Positions 57,101 to 64,000 of a DNA stretch of 64,000 nt are shown piece after piece; position 1 is the first letter of the stretch, and every line of letters starts with the position of its first letter. Source of the stretch: an uncultured delta proteobacterium (GTDB lineage Bacteria; Desulfobacterota; BSN033; UBA1163); contig CAVPSJ010000007.1 of NCBI GenBank assembly GCA_963708295.1, positions 64,001 to 128,000 on the forward strand, in the 5' to 3' direction. The notes beneath the pieces are model-generated. The model saw nothing but the letters and a program-made list of their open reading frames with translations. It was not told the origin of the DNA and did not search any database. Both the position numbers and the translations under genes were made by a program.

Positions 57101-58192
57101 GTGATTCGAGTATTGATCGTAGATGATTCGGCGGTGGTTCGCAAAGTCTTAACCATGGAGCTATCCAAGTTCAGAGATATTGAAGTAGTCGGCAGCGCCG
57201 TTGATCCCTACGTGGCCCGCGATAAGATCATTCGATTACGCCCCGATGTCATCACCCTTGACCTGGAGATGCCGCGAATGGACGGACTGGCGTTCTTGGC
57301 CAAGTTGATGAAATACTACCCTCTCCCCGTTGTCGTCGTAAGTTCGCTGACGCCGATGAACAGCGAGGCAGCCATCAGGGCATTGGAACTAGGGGCGGTC
57401 GAGGTGATTTGCAAACCGGGGCCAGCTTCCCGTACGCCCGAAATCTCGCATCAACTCATCCATGCTATCCGTGCCGCAGCCTCGGCGCAGATCACTCAGC
57501 AGCAGGGAACCGGGGAGACCTCTGCCGCAAGCACGACACCTCCTTTCCATTTCCAGGCCACGTATAAGGTGCTCGCGATTGGAGCCTCCACGGGCGGTAC
57601 CCAAGCTATCGAGACCGTACTCAAGCATTTGCCACCGACTTCTCCGGGCACATTGATCGTCCAACATATGCCGGAGCAATTCACCGCAAGCTTTGCCCGA
57701 AGGCTCAACCAGATCTCTCAGATGGAAGTGCGTGAAGCGCGGGACAGCGACCCCGTAGGGCCCGGGGTAGCCCTGGTTGCTCCAGGCAACCGGCATATGC
57801 TCCTCCACCAAAGCGGTAGCCGTTACCTGGTAAGGATAAAAGCCGGCCCAGCCGTGAACCATCACCGACCCAGCGTTGATGTATTATTCCAATCCGTTGC
57901 GCGGAGTGCCGGGAGCAACGCCGTCGGGGTGCTTCTCACAGGAATGGGCGCCGATGGCGCAAAGGGGCTAGTGGCGATGCATGAAAAGGGTGCGCACACA
58001 TTCGCCCAGAATGAACAAACATGCGTTGTCTTCGGCATGCCCCGAGAAGCCATCAAACTCGGGGCGGTCGATGACGTCATGCCTCTTCAAAATATTCCAC
58101 GGGCCATTATCAGCTATTGGCAATCTCAAGAAAAGGGAATGAGAGAAGAGTTCGAGTCCGGGGTGAATTCCTACAAGCAGTCAAAAGCTTGA
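57101..58192 (+). CDS. cheB: Chemotaxis methylesterase CheB
   Basis: Receiver plus IGASTGG, VQHMP, HRPSVD, LTGMGADG, VVFGMP. Confidence 0.95.
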   Translation: MIRVLIVDDSAVVRKVLTMELSKFRDIEVVGSAVDPYVARDKIIRLRPDVITLDLEMPRMDGLAFLAKLMKYYPLPVVVVSSLTPMNSEAAIRALELGAVEVICKPGPASRTPEISHQLIHAIRAAASAQITQQQGTGETSAASTTPPFHFQATYKVLAIGASTGGTQAIETVLKHLPPTSPGTLIVQHMPEQFTASFARRLNQISQMEVREARDSDPVGPGVALVAPGNRHMLLHQSGSRYLVRIKAGPAVNHHRPSVDVLFQSVARSAGSNAVGVLLTGMGADGAKGLVAMHEKGAHTFAQNEQTCVVFGMPREAIKLGAVDDVMPLQNIPRAIISYWQSQEKGMREEFESGVNSYKQSKA

Positions 58193-58336
58193 AATTCGGT
58201 TAGACACGAGGGGAATGGAATGAGAGAGTAGAAAACAACATCGATCGACTGCTGGTCCGGATGGCCGTCTTTATCTTTTTTCGGGTACAAACACAGCTCA
58301 TGCGAGTCTCCTTCACGAGCTGAAAGGGGGTTGGAA

Positions 58337-60946
58337 ATGCTTAGATGGGGGGTTTTTTCAAAGTTGAGAAACAAGCTGATCTTCTATACCGTCATGGTCG
58401 CTTTACTATCGTTCGTTCTCCTGAGCGCGTATCACTTTCATCTCTGCACGGCAGCCCTGAAGCAGCAGACGCTATCTAATCTGGGAGTTTCCGAATATCT
58501 TGTAACGCCCGTCAATCTTCTGAAGACAAGAATGCTTGTTTCCATTTTGGTTGTCTCCGGCCTAGCCGCCATCGTCCTTTACGCGACCATTCGAAGGGTC
58601 GTGGCCCCCCTTTCTAAAATAACCCATGCCGTCGCCGTGTTGGCAAAAACGGGGGATCTGACGCCATCCTTTGAAGTCGATAGCCAGGATGAAGTTGGAC
58701 AGTTGTCCAGATCCTTTCGGGACATATCGAATTGGATGAAAGAAATGGCAGGAGCGGTTTCCAGTGTTGCCGAAGGAAATTTAGACCAAGAAGTGGGAGG
58801 AAGGCCGGAGAAGGACATGCTCGGGAGGGACCTCCAGTCTATGATCGTGAACCTGAAAAATTCGTTCGAGGCGGTTAAGATCTCAGAGCAGAAATTTAGA
58901 AATTTGGCGACCCATGCCCCTATCGGCTTAAGCATTCTCGGCAAGGGGGGGATCTATGAGTATGTCAACCCCAAGTTCAGTGAAATTTTTGGATACACCT
59001 TAGAAGACATTCCTAAGGGCAAGGACTGGTTGGAGAAGGCTTATCCAGACCCGGAGTACCGTCAGAAGGTTGTAGCCTGTTGGAGAGAAGACTTGAATGA
59101 AGTAAAACCGGGCAAAACCCGCTCCCGGGTCTTCACTGTAGCCTGCAAAAAAGGCTCCTCTAAGGAGATTCTATTCAAGCGCGTCACCCTGGTCGATGGA
59201 AGAAACTTAGTGACCTCCGAGGATATCACCGAACGAAAACTGGCAGAGCAGGCGATGAGGGAATCGGAGGAAAAATATCGGACATTATTCGAGGGATCGA
59301 GGGAACCCCTTTTCGTCACCACCAAGGACGGCAAATTCGTCGATCTTAACAGGACCGTCGCCCAACTGCTCGGTTACGATAACAAAGAAGACATCATGAA
59401 GGTGGGATCAATAGCCTCTCTCTATTCCCGCCCGGAGGATTGGAGCAATATCCAAGAGGCGCTATCGAAAAAGGACTATGTCGAGGATGTGGCGCAAGAA
59501 CTGAGGAGGAAGGATGGGGGAAAGATCTATGCTTTGGCAACAGCCAGCACCAGGAAGGATTCTAAGGGAAACGTTATTGGTTACAAGGTGGCGATCAAGG
59601 ATATCACAGACCTCAAGCGGGCAGAAGAGTCGCTCAAAAAACGCGAGGAAGAGGCAGGGCAATTGGCCAGGGAAAATGCCATCTTGGCCGAGATCGGAAA
59701 GATCCTGAGTTCAAGCTTGAAGATTGAAGAAGTCTACGAGCGCTTTGCCGAGGAAGTCCGTAAGTTAATTCCTCTCGACCGAATCATGGTGGGACTCAAC
59801 AACCCCGAAAAAGGCACAGTCACCGTGGCCTATGTCTCAGGATCAAATGTGGACGGAAGACGAGTGGGAGATGTTTATCCCCTCCAGCAATCGGGCAACG
59901 ACATGGCGATGAAGACGCGGAGAGGCTTTCTCATCCAGCCAGAATCCGTTGAAGAATTAGAAAGAAGTCAACTTTCTAACCTCATCTCTACTTTTCGGAG
60001 TGGACTGAAGTCGATGATGTCCGCCCCCCTTACCTGGAGAGACCAGGTCATTGGGGCCTTGCATTTTCGGTCGACAAAATTCAAAGCCTATACCGACCGA
60101 GACCTCAAACTGGCCGAACGCATTGCTGCCCAGATTGCTGGTACCATTGCCAGTGTCCAACTGTATGAAGAAATGAAGCGGATGGTCAAACAGATCGGCA
60201 ACGCTGGGCTCCAGATCAGCACCTCCTCGGCTCAAATTCGGGCCGCCTCAGAAGAGCAAGCAACAGGGGTGGCCGGCCAGTCCTCCGCCATTAGCCAGGT
60301 GACGACCACCATTGAGGAGCTCGACACCACCGCCACTCGCATCGCCAAAAATGCAGAAAATGTCGCCCGAATAGCGGGAGATACCCTGGCGGGCATGCAG
60401 GAGATCAATGCGAAAGTAACCGATACCTCAAGAAAGATTCTCTCGCTAGGTGAGAAATCCCAATCCATCGGCAATATCACAAAACTGATTGATGATATTG
60501 CGGATCAGACGAATCTGCTGGCCCTAAACGCTGCCATTGAAGCCGCTCGAGCAGGAGAGGTGGGAAGAGGCTTTGCCGTCGTCGCCCAAGAAGTCAGGAA
60601 GCTTGCCGAGCGCTCGTCAGAATCGACTGAAGAAATCCGTCAGCTTATAAACGAGATCCAAGGGGAAACAAACTCTACGATCATGAGTATTGAAGGTTCA
60701 ACCAAATGGGTAAAGAAAGGGCTGGAGATGATTGAGGAGACAGCTAAGTCCGCCAAGGAGATTTCCATTGCGACACAACAGCAGAAGTTTGCCTCCGATC
60801 AGGTCGTACAAGCCATGCGGGAGATTGATTCTGTTACAAAACAGTTCGTCTCATCAACCAGGCAAGCAACCGATTCCGCGGCGCAGCTCAATACATTATC
60901 CGAAGAGCTTAAAAGCGCAATTTCCGACTTTAAGCTGGGTGGATAG
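58337..60946 (+). CDS. Hybrid chemoreceptor: TM-HAMP-PAS-PAS-GAF-MCP signalling domain
   Basis: Two TMs, DEVGQLS HAMP; two PAS blocks ending EDITERK and KDITDLK; GAF ([13 protein letters not shown]); [18 protein letters not shown]. Confidence 0.85.
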   Translation: MLRWGVFSKLRNKLIFYTVMVALLSFVLLSAYHFHLCTAALKQQTLSNLGVSEYLVTPVNLLKTRMLVSILVVSGLAAIVLYATIRRVVAPLSKITHAVAVLAKTGDLTPSFEVDSQDEVGQLSRSFRDISNWMKEMAGAVSSVAEGNLDQEVGGRPEKDMLGRDLQSMIVNLKNSFEAVKISEQKFRNLATHAPIGLSILGKGGIYEYVNPKFSEIFGYTLEDIPKGKDWLEKAYPDPEYRQKVVACWREDLNEVKPGKTRSRVFTVACKKGSSKEILFKRVTLVDGRNLVTSEDITERKLAEQAMRESEEKYRTLFEGSREPLFVTTKDGKFVDLNRTVAQLLGYDNKEDIMKVGSIASLYSRPEDWSNIQEALSKKDYVEDVAQELRRKDGGKIYALATASTRKDSKGNVIGYKVAIKDITDLKRAEESLKKREEEAGQLARENAILAEIGKILSSSLKIEEVYERFAEEVRKLIPLDRIMVGLNNPEKGTVTVAYVSGSNVDGRRVGDVYPLQQSGNDMAMKTRRGFLIQPESVEELERSQLSNLISTFRSGLKSMMSAPLTWRDQVIGALHFRSTKFKAYTDRDLKLAERIAAQIAGTIASVQLYEEMKRMVKQIGNAGLQISTSSAQIRAASEEQATGVAGQSSAISQVTTTIEELDTTATRIAKNAENVARIAGDTLAGMQEINAKVTDTSRKILSLGEKSQSIGNITKLIDDIADQTNLLALNAAIEAARAGEVGRGFAVVAQEVRKLAERSSESTEEIRQLINEIQGETNSTIMSIEGSTKWVKKGLEMIEETAKSAKEISIATQQQKFASDQVVQAMREIDSVTKQFVSSTRQATDSAAQLNTLSEELKSAISDFKLGG

Positions 60947-60974
60947 GAAGAAGAAAAAACAAGGGACTTGAGAC

Positions 60975-63353
60975 ATGCCTGACACAATGAAAGATCTGAT
61001 CGCAATCTTCAAGGCAGAAACCGAAGAGCATCTGACTAAGCTGGATAACGGACTCATCGAGTTAGAGAGGCAGCCCAACAGCGTGAACTTGGCCAGCGAC
61101 CTCAACAGAGAGGTGCATACTTTGAAAGGTGCGGCTCGGGTCTTTGGATTCTGCGAAATTCAGGACATCGCACATCGGATAGAAGATATCTTTGAAGAGG
61201 TTGCAGGAAAAAGGGCCTTTTTCAGTTCTTCCATGGCTGAAAGTATATTTAAAGGTCTGGATGCCATCAGAGCAATCTTGGATAAGATCGTACAGGAGAA
61301 GGAGATCGATGTCGATGCCTCTGAAATCTGCCGGGATTTGGAAGAATGCCTTTCTGGGACACGAGGAATCAGAACACGAGGGAAACAAGAGAGGAGAGAT
61401 GAAGGAGAACAAGAACCTGTAGAGACCCCGGAGGGAGAAGCCAAAACTGAAAAGAAACGAGATGACGAGCCCGAACACCCGCAAGAAGAGGGAGCTGCCA
61501 AAACCCAACCAAAAGCCGCGGACGGAAAAGAACTCGACGCAAGAAAGACGCAAAATGAGGTTCTGGATCGCCCCGCGAGTGCACCAACCGTTCACCATCC
61601 GCCCGTACAAATGGAGGAATATATTCGTGTCCCTCTGAGCCGAGTAGACAAACTCCTTTACTTGGTCGGAGAGGTGTTGATCAACAAGTTGAAGGTCTCT
61701 GCGATAACGGCACAAGCAAAAAGTCTCTCAAAGCTCACCAAGGACGCGCAGAAAAGCGTTTCAAGCCTGAGCGAAGCGATGAAAAAGGAATTTTCATCCC
61801 CGGCAAGGGAAGTGACGAAGTTACTCGCTCAATTTGACGCCCAAATGCAGAAACTGAGGGAACACAATGTGAAGTTATACGATCATGCTTCCTCACTTGC
61901 ATTTCATCTTGACCCCGTCATCGACGAATTGCAGGCGAATATGAAGAAGATAAGAATGTTGCCCTTGTCAGCCATTTTTGATGGATTTCCCCGCATGGTA
62001 AGGGACATCGCCTCTCAACAAGGGAAAGAGGTTAATTTGCTGATTTCCGGGGAAGAAACGGAGCTTGATAAGAAGGTCCTAGACGGGATAAAGCCCTCTC
62101 TCATCCATATATTGCGTAACTGCGTAGACCATGGAATTGAGGAGCCGGAGCCGAGGACTGCCCTGGGTAAACAGCGGGCCGGAACAATAAAGGTTTCGGC
62201 TTTGCAAGAGGCAGACAATGTAGTGATCACCATCGAGGATGATGGAAGGGGCATGGATATTGATCAGATAAAGCAGACAGCCCTGAAGAAACGGCTCGTA
62301 TCTAATGACAATCTAAAAAACATGACTGAAAAAGAAATTTTGCACATCGTTTTCACGAACGGCTATTCCACAAGTCCGGTCGTGACGGACGTTTCGGGAA
62401 GGGGAATCGGACTGGATATCGTTAGACGAGACATCACCAACCTAAAAGGCCGGGTGACTTTAACCACTCAGAAAAACGGAGGATCCAAATTCACACTGGT
62501 CTTGCCATTGACCATCGCCATTATTCAAGTACTCTTGGTCGAGGTGCAGAATATGACGTTTGCCCTTCCGATGCTCCCCATTACAGAGAGCGTCAAAGTG
62601 AAAATGGAGGATGTTTCCACCATCGAAGGGAGAATGGCGATGCCGCTCCGTGAGCACATCGTGCCCTTAGTAGGGTTGAATGAAGTGCTTGAACTTCCGC
62701 AGGCGCGAAAAGAGAAGGAAAAGGGAAAAGGAGAATTGACGGTGGTGATTGCGGCCTCCCTCGACAGCCGAGTTGGATTCATTGTTGACCGGATTGTTGG
62801 AGAGGGAGAAGTCTTCATAAAGGGCTTAGGCAAGCATTTAGGAAAGGTGAAGAATGTGAGCGGCGCAATCATCATGCCAACCGGTGAAGTCGTCATCGTC
62901 CTGGATGTGGCAGACTTAATTGCCCATAGCGCCCTCAGCCTTCCGGCCTTGACTGAAAAGAAAGGGGCTCCCGAACCGAAGCACAAAGAGAAAAGAATAT
63001 TGATTGTGGAAGACGCTTTCTCCACCAGGGAACTTGAGAAAACCATATTGGAAACCCGCGGATACCTTGTAGACACGGCGGTAGACGGTTTAGATGCACT
63101 GGATAGGATCGCAGGCGCCCACTACGACCTCATTGTCAGTGACGTTGAGATGCCGAGGATGGATGGGTTTGAGCTTTGCAGGACCTTAAAGAAGAAAGAG
63201 GGATACACAGATATCCCCTTTGTGATGGTCACCGCATTGCAGAAGGAAGAAGATAAAAGGCGGGGTCTCGAGGTAGGTGCCTCCGCTTACATTGTCAAAA
63301 GCGCATTTGAGCAGACGGGTCTTTTGGATACCATTGAACGATTGGTCGGGTAA
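60975..63353 (+). CDS. cheA: Hybrid CheA-receiver kinase (WspE/FrzE-like)
   Basis: REVHTLKGAA, HILRNCVDHGIE, SGRGIGLD, CheW domain, C-terminal receiver IVSDVEMPRMDG. Confidence 0.92.
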   Translation: MPDTMKDLIAIFKAETEEHLTKLDNGLIELERQPNSVNLASDLNREVHTLKGAARVFGFCEIQDIAHRIEDIFEEVAGKRAFFSSSMAESIFKGLDAIRAILDKIVQEKEIDVDASEICRDLEECLSGTRGIRTRGKQERRDEGEQEPVETPEGEAKTEKKRDDEPEHPQEEGAAKTQPKAADGKELDARKTQNEVLDRPASAPTVHHPPVQMEEYIRVPLSRVDKLLYLVGEVLINKLKVSAITAQAKSLSKLTKDAQKSVSSLSEAMKKEFSSPAREVTKLLAQFDAQMQKLREHNVKLYDHASSLAFHLDPVIDELQANMKKIRMLPLSAIFDGFPRMVRDIASQQGKEVNLLISGEETELDKKVLDGIKPSLIHILRNCVDHGIEEPEPRTALGKQRAGTIKVSALQEADNVVITIEDDGRGMDIDQIKQTALKKRLVSNDNLKNMTEKEILHIVFTNGYSTSPVVTDVSGRGIGLDIVRRDITNLKGRVTLTTQKNGGSKFTLVLPLTIAIIQVLLVEVQNMTFALPMLPITESVKVKMEDVSTIEGRMAMPLREHIVPLVGLNEVLELPQARKEKEKGKGELTVVIAASLDSRVGFIVDRIVGEGEVFIKGLGKHLGKVKNVSGAIIMPTGEVVIVLDVADLIAHSALSLPALTEKKGAPEPKHKEKRILIVEDAFSTRELEKTILETRGYLVDTAVDGLDALDRIAGAHYDLIVSDVEMPRMDGFELCRTLKKKEGYTDIPFVMVTALQKEEDKRRGLEVGASAYIVKSAFEQTGLLDTIERLVG

Positions 63354-63374
63354 TGTGAAACTTGGGGCCGAGGC

Positions 63375-64000
63375 ATGATACGGGTGTTAGTGGTAGACGA
63401 TTCTCCGCTGATGTGCAAGATCCTAACAAATATCCTGAACTGCGATCCTGAGATCATCGTTTCGGCAGTTGCAACGAACGGCAAAGAAGCAGTAGAGATC
63501 GTGCCTCGCATCAAACCGGATATCATTACGATGGATATTGATATGCCTGTAATGGATGGCCTTGAGGCGACGAGGCAGATCATGGCCTATCACCCCACCC
63601 CGATACTCATTGTATCCTCTGCCGTCTTTAGGGCGGGAATGGATAGGGTATTCAAGGCCATTTCTCAAGGCGCTTTGGACGTGATCGACAAAAGTGAACT
63701 TGAATTGGCTGGAAATAAAAAGTCTGGCGAGGCCCTGATCGCGAAGATAAAATTCTTAATCGGTATCAGAGTCATGCGTCAGCCACCCGCCGCCTTTTCG
63801 AAAGAAACGTCCGTCGTTGACCTTAAGGCGAACCGTAAGGACATTTCAGATAAGATCGTAGCCATTGTGGCGTCGACGGGAGGTCCACACGCACTTCTTG
63901 AGATCCTCAAAAGGCTACCCGAAGATTTCCCTTGCGGCATCGTTATTGTTCAGCACATCACCAACGGTTTTCTTTCAGGGCTGGTGGGGTGGCTTGCAAA
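63375..64000 (+). CDS. cheB: Second CheB (WspF/FrzG-like), truncated by the window end
   Basis: MIRVLVVDDSP, TMDIDMPVMDG, VASTGG, VQHI; missing from the ORF track because no stop falls inside the window. Confidence 0.88.
   Translation, partial: MIRVLVVDDSPLMCKILTNILNCDPEIIVSAVATNGKEAVEIVPRIKPDIITMDIDMPVMDGLEATRQIMAYHPTPILIVSSAVFRAGMDRVFKAISQGALDVIDKSELELAGNKKSGEALIAKIKFLIGIRVMRQPPAAFSKETSVVDLKANRKDISDKIVAIVASTGGPHALLEILKRLPEDFPCGIVIVQHITNGFLSGLVGWLA

Overview
A 64-kb, roughly 50% GC stretch from an anaerobic bacterium. Gene content (NrfD/DmsC anchors, AOR-family enzymes, VCBS and porin types, che gene sets) suggests Deltaproteobacteria/Desulfobacterota; this is inference. Left to right: (1) end of a surface-glycan cluster on the minus strand (1-4.2 kb); (2) acyl-CoA metabolism genes (biotin carrier, hbd-like dehydrogenase, atypical thiolase, reversed HCDH-ECH fusion, FAD-oxidoreductase/CCG/FAD-oxidoreductase triad) mixed with envelope genes, with Rex-like boxes at three promoters (4.4-19.5 kb); (3) a minus-strand TetR - acetylene-hydratase-like Mo/W enzyme - four-subunit class I benzoyl-CoA-reductase-like unit, then a creatininase-family gene, divergent from a Liv-type ABC transporter (19.7-32.9 kb); (4) an ~11-kb block tied together by a repeated palindrome GTTCACTATAGTGAAC, containing IclR, an intact W-AOR with a coupled Zn-ribbon protein, a degenerate pseudo-AOR, three paralogous ferredoxins, two NrfD/DmsC anchors and a split-motif radical-SAM-like protein (33.3-44 kb), which is the best candidate for an undescribed system; (5) chemoreceptors and two apparently nested chemosensory clusters (44-64 kb). 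Intergenic spaces hold several families of palindromic mini-elements and a possible orphan TnpB omega-RNA/IS605 right end. Many genes in the first 29 kb are broken by single-base indels, most likely long-read errors. No rRNA, tRNA, CRISPR array or intact transposase was seen. All product calls come from motif recognition by eye, not from database searches.
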